DNA from: Squalus acanthias
Taxonomy: Eukaryota
Assembly (NCBI GenBank): GCA_030390025.1
Contig: CM059433.1
Coordinates: 11,720,001-11,784,000 of the forward strand
Direction: 5' to 3'
Length of the DNA stretch: 64,000 nt
The notes beneath the pieces are model-generated. The model made no database searches and was not told the origin of the DNA. It saw only the letters and a program-made list of their open reading frames with translations. Of this stretch, positions 49,325 through 62,119 are shown piece after piece. The translations under genes were made by a program, and so were the position numbers. Numbering within the stretch: position 1 is the first letter of the stretch; every line of letters begins with the position of its first letter.

Positions 49325-50007
49325 CAACAACAACTTGTATTTATATAGCGCCTTTAAAGTAGTAAAACGTCCCAAGGCGCTGCATAGGAGTATTTTAAGA
49401 CAAAAAAATTTGACACCGATCCACATAAGGAGAAATTAGGGCAGGTGACCAAAAGCTTGGTCAAAGAGATAGGTTTTAAGGAGTGTCTTAAAGGAGGAAA
49501 GAGAGGTATCGAGGCAGAGCGGTTTAGGCAGGGAATTCCAGAGCTTAGGGCCTAGGCAACAGAAGGCACGGCCACCAAAGGTTGAGCGATTATAATCAGG
49601 GATCCTCAAGAGGGCAGAATTAGAGGAGCGCAGATATCTCGGGGGGTTGTGGGGCTGAAGGAGGTTACACAGATAGGAAGGGGCGAGGCCATGGAGGGAT
49701 TTGAAAACAAGGATGAGAATTTTGAAATCGAGGCGCTGCTTAACCAGGAGCCAATGTAGGTCAGCGAGCACAGGGGTGATGGGCAAACGGGACTTGGTGC
49801 GAGTTAGGACACGGGCAGCCGAGTTTTGGATCACCTCAAGTTTACGTAGGGTGGAATATGGGAGGCCAGCCAGGAGTGCGTTGGAATAGTCAAGTCTAGA
49901 GGTAACAAAGGCATGGATGAGAGTTTCAGCAGCGGATGAGCTGAGGCAAGGGCAGAGATGGGCAATGTTACGGAGGTGGAAGTAGGCGGTCTTAGTTATG
50001 CTGCGGT
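49325..50007 (-). mobile_element. L2 LINE 3' fragment, well preserved
   Basis: IQNSAARVLTRTK..ITPVLADLHWL..FKILILVFKSLHGLAPSYL..GGRAF..PKLWNSLP; (GTT)n tail. Confidence 0.92.
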
Positions 50008-51046
50008 CCTGTGATCCTGGTCATGACCAGTCAGCTTCAGGCACTCGGCCTAATGGCAAATGTCGTACACGAAAGCAGCCTTAATGCAGTCGGGCCTTTG
50101 TAAAAAAGTAAAACCACATTCGAATTTGACGGCTTTCAAAGGCACCACCCCCTGTGGAGCTAGGCCATGGCTAGAGGGGTCTCAATGTTGGCGCTATAAC
50201 CTAAAGCCCCAGCGGGGCCCCTTCACCTCGCAGCAGTCAGTATAACTGTTGGTCTGGAAGGCACTTAATGCTGCTGCGTTGTTGGTAGGGGGCCTGCTGA
50301 TTTAAATAAAAGAATTCAGACCTGCATTTAATAAAGAGAGTTAATTAGCACAATGGAATAAAACGGCTACTTTGTGTCGCATTGACTTTGGATTTCCAGC
50401 TCGTCTGCCGCCACTTTGGCAGAACGCCATTTATGCCGTTTTTCCGTGATTTCCGCAGCTCTTCCTCTTAAATTACAGCGGGAAGACCCCTGCGGAGGTT
50501 CACCCTCATTATCGCTCCGTATTATAGATAGGATAGCCTGCTAATGTGCCAGCTAATTTGCTGAGGTTCATTGTTTTGGCACAGTTTCCGTATTCTTTCA
50601 ACCATTCAATTATTCTATTTAATTTGTGAACTGTGGGTGGTCCTCACATTTAGGAGGGAGTGTTGTATTTTTGTGTTGTTAAATTGCAAAACAAACTTCC
50701 ACATAATAAGCAGTTTTCTAATCCTTTGTTAAATGCATGTATATGGTGTTAGCAAGAGGCAAGAATGCTTTGGGCTGGGTTTTGCCAGCGGAGGCGGGGG
50801 CGCAGCGGGAGAGGTAGTTGGCGGGTCCCGGTCTCGTTCCCGCTCCCAGCCGCCCTGTGAAAAACAACTTTGCGTTGATTGGGCTTCTTTAGCCCGCCGT
50901 GCGCGTTACCCGGCCCAATTACAAGGCGCGGGGTCTATGACGTCATCTGATGACGCGTTTGTTGCCGGTATATTTAAAGGGGCCATGTCCCCCATTTGCT
51001 CTCAGTTCTGATCTCATGCTCCTGAGTGCTGCTGCTTGTGTGAAAA

Positions 51047-52453
51047 ATGACTGCAGAGAGACCAATGGCTGCTCCCCGCTTCAACGATGACTCCCTCCAT
51101 GTTCTTGTGGAGGGAGTCAGAGGACGTCGGGAGGTCCTGTACCCAGGTGATGGAAGGAGGAGACCTCCTCACCAGGCAAAGGCAGCCTGGCTGCAAATAG
51201 CTGAGGAGGTCACTGCAAGGTCTGTGGTTGTTCGCACCTGGGTCCAATGTAGGAAGAGGTTTAATGATCTTCTGCGTTCTGGAAAAGTGAGTATAAAAGC
51301 CCACTTACCTTCATTTTGCTGTGCCTGTCATCAGATCCCCATCACTCTGCATTGCCAACCCTACTCCTGCACATCCTTACACACCCCAACATCCCTTGCA
51401 CCATCACCCATCCGTCTCTCCCTATGTACAGAATCATATCCCCATCTTACTATGCACCCCTCACACTCACCCTCATCGTTATGCAATGACAACAACTAAC
51501 AACTCAAAGGGAGGCAACTTGATATTGGCACCCCACTCCATCATAGTATTCCTCTAAACATCTATCCCATTCATTCTTTATACTCATTCCATCACTCTCA
51601 CTAAAACTTCTCTTTTTTCCTCATTGCAGAGAGAGGGAGAGAACAGGAGGAGGACCACCATCATTGGCTGAGCTCACCAATGCTGAGGAGGCAGCTCTGG
51701 ATATTACAGGAGTCATTGACCAGCCTGAAGTGGGGGATGGAGAGAGGGGCTCGTTAGAACAACCTGGTGACAGAATTATTCACCATACATCTTATTTGGC
51801 ATTCATAAGTGACTCATATGGGGTCTGATGTCAAGAGAAATGGAATGCTCATCATGTGCACAATGGGATGTGTCTGCAATCTACATATCACATGTCGAAC
51901 TCATGTCTTTACTCTCCCACAGGACCATCAAGAGCCCCCCTACTGTCCAGGAGGAAGAGCAGGAGCACTCCTCAGAGGATCCTCCAGCCTCTGAGGGAGT
52001 AGCTTCAGCAGAAATGAGCGCACCCAGCACCAATGCAGAGACGCACACCTCGGTGGGTCCTATGCCCGAGATAGAGTAGTGTTGTCACCTGGTGTATCGC
52101 AAGTCACAAGTGAGTAAGATGAGATGGTGGAGACAGGGACAGCAGTGGAGACTCCTCGTCGGAGGCCGCAGGATGCTCCTAGCTCTGCTCAGCTGCATGC
52201 AAACGCTGAGCCTCGGGGACTATCCAGGAAGAGGGCGATCCTGGAGCTTCAGGAACAAGTGCAGCAGGCTCTGACAGGGTTAGCAACCACGGTGACTGCG
52301 AGTGTGCAGAGAATGGAGGAGTCCATCTCAAATATGAGCAACGCCGTGGTGCATGCAATGGCAACTGTAGGTTCCGCCATGGAAAGGATGGCCACCTCCA
52401 TGGAGGACATAAATCGCCAGACTCAGGAGAACATGGGTCACACTTCTAAATAG
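51047..52453 (+). pseudogene. Harbinger Myb/SANT-like DNA-binding protein, three exons (51047-51286, about 51630-51766, about 51922-52453)
   Basis: APRFNDDSLHVLVEGV..AWLQIAEEV..RTWVQCRKRFNDL|gtgagt; RERTGGGPP in exon 2; frameshifts and stops downstream. Confidence 0.8.
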
Positions 52454-52915
52454 ATGGTCATCTATGGAGGATAGATGGGCATCTATTGAGGAGAGAAACC
52501 AAAAGTTCATGGGCATCCTTGTTATGAGGAATCTCAGTACTTAAAGGGGAGGTTCATTGATACTGCAGCACTTCATTCTCAGCATTGCTGGCTGTGCAGC
52601 TGCCTCAGCAAGGAGAAGCACAACAAGGAGAAGGAGCCGGAGAACTGAAGCAGGTGTGCTCATGACAGATCCACCTCAGTCGGGTGGTCAGGGTGATTGA
52701 ATGCTTCAACAAATGCTACATACCACCATCTGTACCACAAGATTCACATACTGCCCAAAGCACCACACCCCCAGCGCTCACCCACCAACAATCTCTACCT
52801 ACCAACATTCACACCCACAACTCATGCCTTGCACACAATGACAGCTATTCAACTATGGCAGGCACAAGGGTCATTAGTTATTAGAATGAATGTGATATGT
52901 TTATGCATAAATTTA

Positions 52916-53300
52916 TTAACGGAGTTTGCAATATTTTATGGTCTTTCTCATTTCACCTTTGCGCCCAGGAGGATGCTGTGATATGGCATGACACAGGGAT
53001 GGTATGATGGGCATGTGGTGAGCAAAAGGGATCCTGGTGTGAGGCTGGAGGACTGTTTGGAGGAGGTGGCAGAGTTCTGTAACCACCACCTTGGTGATGC
53101 GGAGCCATCTAATACACTGCTCCTCACTTAATTGAAGGTAGAAGAAGTGCTGTTGGACTACCCTCAGCGGGTAAGGCCTCCTGGTGAGAGCCCTGATGTC
53201 CCTCCTCATCCCTCTGCGCACATGTTCCCGTATTTCGGGCTGCCTACGCTCCCTCCGCCGTAGATCCTGGAGGGTGAGGTGGCGCCAGTATAGCCCCCAT
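52916..53300 (-). pseudogene. Harbinger (HARBI1-like) transposase, N-terminal remnant
   Basis: RRPYPLRV..LQLSEEQCIRWLRITKVVVTELCHLLQTVLQP; DDE core absent. Confidence 0.7.
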
Positions 53301-53831
53301 TAATGTTGCCAAGTGTAGCAGTTTGAATCTTTGAACAATAAATGTAGCCACTTTGCACTTGCCAGAAGACTGCTGATAAAAAAGAAGCTTGAAACTACAC
53401 ATACAAACTGCTCCACTGGCTGAAACTGACAAGAAGCCACTGAAACTAACCTGCCCTGACAGCTGCGAGTGCTTAATGCTGATGCCTTTAAATAACGTCA
53501 CTGGACCCGGCTTCCGTCAGCTGCACGCCTACTCTCCCAGTCACTCTCTGTTCGAGGCGCAAAGGTAAGTAGCGACAATGAATTTTGTAGATTGGGCACC
53601 CGGTGAGCGTTGCACACTCACTGACGTCACGATCTGCCTGGCAGTACCTCGTACCGGCGGTGCAACGGGGCGGGGGGGGCGGATTTGCCGTGCGGCTCTG
53701 GATTCACCTCGCCGTGGTGCTACTGCATCAGCGCCCCGTTACCGCCCTCTGAGGCGCTAACGGGAGGCGCTTACCTACCAAGTTTTTCCCCCTACGTAAT
53801 TCTATATAACCAAGTATTTGTATTCAACACA

Positions 53832-54020
53832 CTGGGTTTACTTTGGCTTTGTGCGATAGTGTAAAACGGACGATATCGGATCAGCCGCCCATTATACACC
53901 TGTCCCGATTTTCATTTCTATAGAAGTCAATAGAAATAAAAATCGGGAGAGATGTATAACGTGCAGCTGATTCGATATTGTCCGTTTTACACTGTCGGCC
54001 AGAGGCAAAATTGCCTCCAG
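53832..54020. mobile_element. Near-fully palindromic MITE
   Basis: Arms cgatagtgtaaaacggacgatatcggatcagc / gctgattcgatattgtccgttttacactgtcg; centre ttctatagaagtcaatagaa. Confidence 0.75.
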
Positions 54021-54997
54021 TGTGTTCTCATCCATTGTTTTGATACACAAATCAGCTTTGATCCTTGTATAAGGTGCTATCAGGGACCTGAGTGGTACAG
54101 TGGGAGATTGCTGAAGGGAACAAGCTAAGCAAGGTCCTGCCATGATGGGCTGGGGCTCCCAAAAATCCTAAGGGCAGATCTGAAGGTATATTAAGAATGC
54201 ATACGTATACAGTGCACAAGGCAAGGCTTGCCATTAACTCCATGATTACAGTTAATTGATGCTGTATTTTAGGTTATCATTTTTGAGACCGTGCTCTGGA
54301 CATACAATAAACTCCATTCAATTCATGCCTGTCAGGAGCCATGCAAAATCCATGATTTAAAGTAACTGCAAAAATAAAGGCAGTCAGAAATGCGTTTTTT
54401 TCATACTTCTCGGTCAGACTGATTAACATCTTACCATATTTTCATAATAAATAGTTTAAAGAAGACTCAATTTAGAACATACTTCATTTACTTTCTTTCA
54501 CACTTCTCAGCTAGACCTCATTGTACTTTGATAACACATAATTCGAGGAAAGTTCAATCTGGAGTGCACTTAATTTGTTTTACTTTAACGACTCTCGGTT
54601 AGATCGTTTTAAATAAACAGCATCCGACCCAAATTCATTACCCAAGCAGTAAAGAGTTAGTCAGTAAAAGAAGCATACTTTATAATATTGTGGAACCTGC
54701 CGCATTTCAAATTTTACTAAATTTCAAAACTCCCTAGTTTTACACGTTAAACATTATCAGCATCTTGCGAATGTCTGAGAGGGTTTTAAAACAATCAGTA
54801 GCGAATCTGTTCTTCATCAACGGCGAAATATTTGAAGGATGTATGACTATGTTAACTCTTCTGACCTGTCTCACTTTAAAATGCTGTAGAGATGATAGAT
54901 TTATGCGATTGAGTTGTTGCAGGCAGGCTCCAGCCTAACCGTATAATGAATTTAATCGTAATAGAACAGGGGGGGGGGAAAAAGTAAAAAACCATAC

Positions 54998-55052
54998 CTT
55001 TCCCCTGACCTTTCGACCTCTTCTGATTGGAGGAAGCAGATCGGAGTGAAAC
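54998..55052 (-). CDS. DCDC2: DCDC2-family gene (DCDC2/DCDC2B/DCDC2C, paralog unresolved), internal 55-bp coding exon
   Basis: Acceptor ttttgttacag| and donor |gtatgg; phase 2 to 0; reads (R)FHSDLLPPIRRGRKVRGK, resembling the short post-DCX exon of human DCDC2 as I recall it (SSLPPIVGSRKSKGS). Confidence 0.75.
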
Positions 55053-55506
55053 CTGTAACAAAATGCACACGCATCTATAACTACCATAATAAACCTGAGG
55101 TCAGCATCCGTTGTCTTGACACTTATTTCATTCCCATGTTCAGCAGCCAGCTCATTTATTAAACTAGGAACCATTTCAAGTTCTTCCCCTTCTGCTCTAT
55201 AACATTCTGAAAGTCATTAAATTTGATAAATATCAAACAAGCAAGTATAAATGCCATGCTGGTCAAAATAAATTGAAGGGAACTAACCAAATGAGAGCTT
55301 TATGCAGCTAACATTATAAATGCTTTGCAAGAACACAGGTCCCTTATTCAGATGTAAAAATGTAAAATAAATTAACAAGGGCTTGCCTAGGAGGGCATTC
55401 AAGTAATAACTGTGTGTAACCAAAAGCAAACAAACGATGAGTAGATTTACAGGTAGCTTTAACCATTTGCATGAAGTGAAGAGGAATCACTGTGGCTTGG
55501 ATCAAA

Positions 55507-56256
55507 GGGGGCGATTTTGCCAGCCCTGGGGAGGCGGGTTTGGAGGCAGGACTGCCGGGAAAATGGCAGAATTTGGGGGCGGGTACCCAACCCGCCCCCC
55601 AACCCGCCTCCATGCCATCTTGCCAGGAGGCAGGCAGAAAATAGGATTATCCTCATTTTGCCCGCACAAGTGCGGGCTTCCCGAAGGCTCCAAAACCCGC
55701 CAGGGTCACCGAGGCGACTAGTGGGTCTGCGGGGGTCGGAGGGGTGGAAAAGTGCGCTGTGAAGGTGAGTGATGGGTGCAAGTGTGGAGAGGTGAGTATG
55801 TGAGGTAAGTGCAAAGTGTTAGAAAAAGTTTACTTACCTTTGTTTCTTCCTGCAGGCTTCAGTCGGTGGGGATGCGGAGAGTCTCGCACCTCCGCGGCAG
55901 AGATGACAGATGGCCGTTGCATTCTCCAATGCAACAACCATCTCATTTCTGAAAAAGAAGGAGGTTTGATGAGGTCTTGAAGTCAAGAACTCATCAAACT
56001 ACAGAGAATGTCAGTGTCTGACAGCTTCACAGAGCTGTCAAATGATGACAATTCACCTTGACAGATGAAACGTCATACGTTGACGTTCTCTGTAATCGGC
56101 TTTCCCTTAATTGGCCTGCTAAACCCGCTGGGCGGGCTTGACAAGGTCAATCAAGGGAAAATAGCGTGGGTTGGCCAGAAGTTGATGGAGGCGGGACTAA
56201 AACCCGACAAGTGGGAGTCCCGCCTCCAAAAGCTCCCCATTGGCAAAATTCAGCCC
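55507..56256. mobile_element. MITE family C, long form
   Basis: Same termini as 42843-43181 with about 410 bp of extra interior. Confidence 0.8.
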
Positions 56257-56879
56257 GTAGTTTTCCCTCATTCTCTCTGTAGCAGACCAAGCTCTCAATC
56301 ACCTCTCCTAACCCTCCCACAAAGGCTCAGCTTCTGTTCCTCTCTTCCTCTGTGAAGCACGTTGGCACATACCTCTAAGTTAAAGGTGCTATAATAAAAG
56401 AAAGTGGTTGTGTTGTGCGCCTGTCGTGAGTCCCGAGAATTTCTGTACAGTGCACGGGGGAAAATGTAACAGTAACGTATTATAATGCTGCAAATTGAGA
56501 GACCGCACAGTTGGAGGGGCAGGATCTGAATTACTTACACATTCCAATGCCGAATTACTGTTAAGGACGCCAGCGCAGTGATATAATGGAGGAAGAATTA
56601 TTCTGCTCACCATATGTAGTGGCACCTTGAACACATGATGCCAATTTCCCTGTCCATAACACCCTTGGGGTGGACTTTGACTTTGTGCGACAGTGTAAAA
56701 CGGATGATAGTGAAACGGCAGCTCGTTTTACATCTGTCCTGATGTTTATTTCTCTTGAAGTCAATGGATCGTAACCTGTAATTGGATCCCACCTGCAAAT
56801 TATTTGCCTAAAAAATGGGTGTGACGAGACCCAGTTTCTCCCTTGCTTTCAGTGGCAGTCGACGAAACAATACATGTCT

Positions 56880-57890
56880 ACAGGTGAAGGTTGTTGGAGG
56901 CCAATAATCTCAGCCCCAGGACATCACTGCAGGAGTTCCTCAGGGCAGTGTCCTCGGCCCAACAACTTCAGTTGCTTCATCAATGGCCTTCCCTCCATCA
57001 TAAGCTCAGAACTGGGGACGTTCACTGCTGATTGCATAATGTTCAGTGCCATTCGCAATTCCTCAGACGATGAAGTAGTCCATGCCCCCATACAGCAAGA
57101 CCTGGACAACATCCAGGCTTGGGCTGATAAGTAGCAAGTAACATTTCAGCCATACAAGTCCCAGGAAATGATCATCTCCACAAAAGATTCCACCTCCCCT
57201 TGACATTCACTGAATGCCCCACTATCAACATCCTGGGGGTCACCATTGACCAGAAGCTCACCTGGACCAGCCACATAAATGATGTGGCTACTGGAGCAGG
57301 TCAGAGGTTTGGTATTCTGCAGTGAGTTGCTCACCGCCTGACTCCCCAAAGCCTCTCTACCACCTACAAGGTACAAGTCAGGAGTGTGATGGAACACTCT
57401 CCACTTGCTTGGTTGGGTGCAGCTGCAACAACACTCAAGAAGCTCGTCACCATCCAGGACAAAGCAGCCCGCTTGATCAGCAACTCATTCACTAGCTTAA
57501 ACAATCACTCCCTCCACCACCAGTGTACCATGGCTACAGTGTGTATTATCTACAGGTTGCACTACAGCAACTTGCCACGGCATCTTCAGCATAACCTCCC
57601 AAACCCGGGACCCCCCACCACCTAGAAGGACAAGGACAGCAGGTGCACGGAACTACCATCCCCTCCAAGTTCCCCTCCAAGTCACACACCATCCTGACTT
57701 GGAAATATATCGCCGTTCCTTCATCGTCACTGGGTCAAAATCCTGGAACTCCCTCCCTAACAGCACTGTGGGAGCACCTTCACCACACGGACTGCAGCGG
57801 TTTAACAAGGAGGCCCATCGCCACTTTTTTTAGGGCAACTAGGGTTGGGCAATAAATTCTGGCCTTGCCAGCGATGCCCGTATCCTGAGA
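56880..57890 (+). mobile_element. Zenon-like LINE RT/3' fragment, degenerate
   Basis: GVPQGSVLGP, FTADC and MEHSPLAW motifs; tail. Confidence 0.8.
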
Positions 57891-59971
57891 ATAACTTTTT
57901 TGTAAAGTGGGAACTCTAAAGGAACTTGGCATGAAATCCACACTAACTCCAGAATCAGCTTGCTGCTTTCAGGGATCCTCAAGTTTATAAAACACAGACA
58001 CATTAAATGAAGATAATTGGACTAACAGAGCAAGTAGCTAATGACTCCGGACAATAAAAGTCGGAAGCTGATTCAGGATTTCCACTGAACAAGCCATGAA
58101 TAATTGTTCCAGAGCTCTGAGAAACAGCCCATGTATGCTTTCTTTTAAGGTGGGTGATATTCTAATAGCAGCCTTGACTACAGACCAGGGGAGAAGGTTT
58201 CTGCTGGTCGTATGTCTCAATCAACACAACAGGAAATCATAAACACATTCTTTTAGAATACTTTTACAGTTTACCCTGAAAATAACAAACAGGTGGATTT
58301 TCCTGACTTTTGTCCCCAGAAAACATCTATTTTCCAGGCACAAAGGCCAGGAAAGACGAGGAAAGGGACCCAATATAACATATTTCTGGCCCCTTCACGT
58401 TGTCCTGAGATTTCATGGGCTCCCCCCTGAGGGGCGAGGCGGAGCATGCAACTGCAATAGGCAGAGGCCCAGCCTGTCCGTTCAGTGCAGTGAAGCAGAA
58501 CGATCCCAACCTCTCGACTCAATTTCCTTGGAGCGATTTTGAAGATGCACCCAAAACAGGCACAAAAATCGATGAGGCGGCCACTCCGCCTGTCCGTTCA
58601 TGCCAGTGCGAGGCCCGACCCATTTTGAGGCTCGGCTCACATGCTGAGCTGGCCGGCAGGTTAACCCTGGGCGGGGCGGGGGCTGGGGGCTGGGGGTGGG
58701 GGGGGAGGGGATCCCGACAGGAACCTTGAACGGGCCGGCAGTGGGCTGGGTGTTGTTTCAGGGGTCCAAGAGGAGCACTCCTGCTCCCCTGGACCCAACA
58801 ACATAAAAATTTAAAACTTCCGGAGTTATTTTCTGAGGGGCCTCCAGTTGCCCCTTTATGAATCGCTGGTTAGGCCACTCAGCGCCTAGTATAAGCGGGC
58901 ACACTCCAGCTATTTGAACCTGAAAATTGCAATCGAGGTCCTACAACCGGTATAGGACCCTGATCTGCATTTTTATGTTTCAGGCATGCGGACTCGTCAG
59001 CCATTTGCAGGCATGCTGAGTATTGCCTGGGGTGGGAACGAGGCATTAATAGGACAGCTGAGGTGCAAACACCTCCCCCGCAAATTTTCAATTGCTGGCC
59101 ACCCATTCTTCAGGTGAGAAACGGGCAGCCGGCCGTTGAAAATCATCACTCCCCAACATTGCTGGCCTGAGGACAAGCAGATGTCGGGACACCCCAAGAA
59201 GCTGGTAGTTGATCAACGGGCCTGAGGGGGCCCAGGTGCAAGCAAAGAAGACTCCAAAGCTAGGTGCAATTTGCTTTTTTTTTTAAGGTATCCGCTCGAT
59301 CTTTGACCTTGCGGCCTTCTGACTACACCCCTCAGGTTTGCAGCTGCGCTCTTTTATCCTTCCCCATTGGCCGGTGCCAGGTCCTGCCAGGGAGTAGGCA
59401 TATCCTGGGCGGGAAACTGGGTCACGTTAAGGCCAGAAGCACCAACGTCGGCCACAGCTGGACCCGGACAGGCCCAGTATACTTCATGCACACTGCACCT
59501 GCCTGTCACTGGGGCAGAGGGTGGGTCCAGGAAAATCAGCCCCAAGATCTTCCCATTATACTCATAATGTCACTAATATGCAGCAACCAGCGAAAAACTC
59601 TTACCCCCTGCCCCCACTTGGGATACTGTTAACTCAAAGTGAACGTGAGGTCAGTTAGTTTTGCTACATTACATAGCGCTGTGCTGTAGGCCACTGAACA
59701 TCTGAGGCAATGTACCAGCAATGATGCTTTCATATCTTTTCGGTCGTGTGTTTATTTCACAGATGATTCACTTTTAGATTTTAAATGCACAGTGTAATTG
59801 GACTCTTAAATGATAATTAACTTTGTTAAATTATCACATCACTGGGCAGTGAAATTGTCATTCACACTCAGAGGACAAAATCAATAGCTAATTTTGCACG
59901 AGAAAGGGTGAACTGATTTTTTTTCCCCACATGAGCAAGTTTTCTTCCTACATTCAAGATGAAAGAGAATA

Positions 59972-60440
59972 TAAAGAAGGAAAGACTTGCATTTATATGA
60001 CCTTACATGACCACTGGACGTGTCAAAGCGCTTTACAGCTAATGAAGCACTTTTGAAGTGGAGTCACTGTTGTAATGTGGGAAACGCGGCAGCCAATTTG
60101 TGCACAGCAAGCTCCCACAAACAGCAATGTGATAATGACTGGATAATCTGTTTTTATTATGTTGGTTGAGGGATAAATATTGGCCAGCACACCGGGGATA
60201 ATTCCCCTGCTCATCTTCGAAATAGTGCCGTGGGATCTTTTACATCCACCCGAGAGAGCAGACAGGGTCTCGCTTTAACATCTCATCCGAAAGACAGCAC
60301 CTCCGACAGTGCAGCACTCCCTCAGCACTGCACTGGAGCATCAGCCTAGCTTTATTTACTCAAGTTCCTGGAGTGGGACTTGAACCCACAACCTTCTGAC
60401 TCAGAGGCGAGTGTGCTACCCACTGAGGCACAGCTGACAC
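59972..60440 (-). mobile_element. Full-length tRNA-headed Deu-domain SINE
   Basis: Reverse complement of the 31087-31553 family. Confidence 0.85.
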
Positions 60441-60542
60441 TTATAGCTTAAAGACAGTTTGTTATTCATTTTAATGTTAATCATTTCTATCGAACACACT
60501 TCACAAAATGCACTAAAATGAATCTAACTGTGGTTACGATTA

Positions 60543-61550
60543 CAGTATGCAGACGACACTTGCGTCTGCGCTCACTCGGAGGTCAAACTCCAAACCATCG
60601 TTAACACCTTCACCGAAGCGTACGAGAGCATGGGCCTTACACTAAACATCCGTAAGACAAAGGTCCTCTACCAACCTGCCCCCGCCACACAGTACTGCCC
60701 CCCGATTATCAAAATCCATGACAAGGCCTTGGACAACGTGGACCACTTTCCATACCTGGGGAGCCTACTGTCAACAAGGGCAGACATCGATGACGAAGTC
60801 CAACACCGCCTTCAGTGTGCCAGTGCAGCCTTCGGTCGCCTGAGGAAGAGAGTGTTTGAAGACCAGGACCTCAAACCCGGCACCAAGCTCATGGTCTACC
60901 CAGCAGTAGTGATACCCGCCCTCCTGTATGCCTCAGAGACATGGACCATGTACAGCAGGCACCTCAAAGCACTGGAGAGGTACCACCAACACTGCCTCCG
61001 CAAAATCCTGCAAATCCATTGGCAGGATAGGCGCACCAATGTCAGTGTTCTCGCTCAGGCCAACATCCCCAACATCGAAGCTTTGACCACGCTCGATCAG
61101 CTCCGATGGACGGGTCACATCGTCCACATGCCCGATACGAGACTCCCAAAACAAGCACTCTACTTGGAGCTCCAGCACGGCAAGAGAGCTCCAGGTGGGC
61201 AGAGGAAACGCTTCAAGGACACCCTCAAAGCCTCCTTGAAAAAGTGCAACATCCCCACCGACACCTGGGAATCCCTGACCCAAGACCGTACAAAGTGGAG
61301 GAGAAGCATCCGGGAAGGCGCCGAACACCTCGAGTCTCTTCGCCGGGAGCAAGCGGAAGCCAAGCGCAGGCAGCGCAAGGAGCGCACATCAACCCAAGCA
61401 CCCCACCCACCCGCCCCTTCAACCACCGTCTGCCCCACCTGTGACAGAGACTGTAGGTCCCGCATTGGACTCATCAGTCACCTGAGAACTCATTTTTAAT
61501 GTGGAAGCAAGTCATCCTCGGTTCCGAGGGACTGCCTAAGAAGAAGAAGA
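60543..61550 (+). mobile_element. RTE LINE 3' portion, open to the stop codon (ORF 60630-61499)
   Basis: FPYLGS, LLYASETW and C-terminal CPTC..H..H; (AAG)n tail; 60-bp flanking direct repeat. Confidence 0.93.
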
Positions 61551-61946
61551 ATTTCTATCGAACACACTTCACAAAATGCACTAAAATGAATCTAACCGTG
61601 GTTACAATTAATTATGACTTCCTATAAAAAATTTTGAAACGTCTCTGAGTTTCACTCTCTATTTACCAGCACTGACCATAACTCCTAAGCAAGCCAGTTG
61701 ATAGGACAGAAATGCATGCAAGTACATATTTCATATATAGCATATAAAATGAACCTAAACTGGATATAAATGTGCATATATATCAAATTATACAGATACA
61801 TAGTGGAATTGAATTCTTAAGTGATAATTCATTTTTTTAAAACAGAAAATTGGCTAAGATATCAAAGTTTCATTTCTTTAGGTTCTCAAAATAATATGGA
61901 ATGAAATCTACAGTTCTTAATGCGCTCCCTTTACGTCATCTCACCT

Positions 61947-62119
61947 GAAAAAAGAAAGACTTAGATTTATATAGTGCCTTTTATGACCTCAGGACGTCCC
62001 AAAGCACTTTAGAGCCAATGATGTACATTTGAAGTGTAGTCACTGTTGCAATGCAGGAAACGCAACAATTTGCGCACAGCACGCTCCCACAAACAGCAAT
62101 GTGATAATGACCAGATAAT
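61947..62119 (-). mobile_element. DeuSINE 3' part interrupted by a Harbinger element
   Basis: Tail and 3' body match other copies and stop abruptly at 62119. Confidence 0.75.

Larger units (their letters stand above)
50772..53792. mobile_element. Decayed PIF/Harbinger transposon with convergent Myb/SANT-like and transposase genes
   Basis: Myb-like gene on plus and transposase N-terminus on minus; right end ...AAGTTTTTCCCCC resembles family A MITE ends; left boundary uncertain. Confidence 0.75.

Noticed and set aside
51047..51499. Functional domesticated MSANTD/NAIF1-like gene
   Set aside because: Exon 2 start is deleted or frameshifted, exon 3 has frameshifts and stops, and it lies within a transposon remnant.
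54742..55207. Longer reading frames around the 55-bp exon
   Set aside because: The 55-bp exon has its own strong splice sites and fits the family pattern; flanking frames lack homology.
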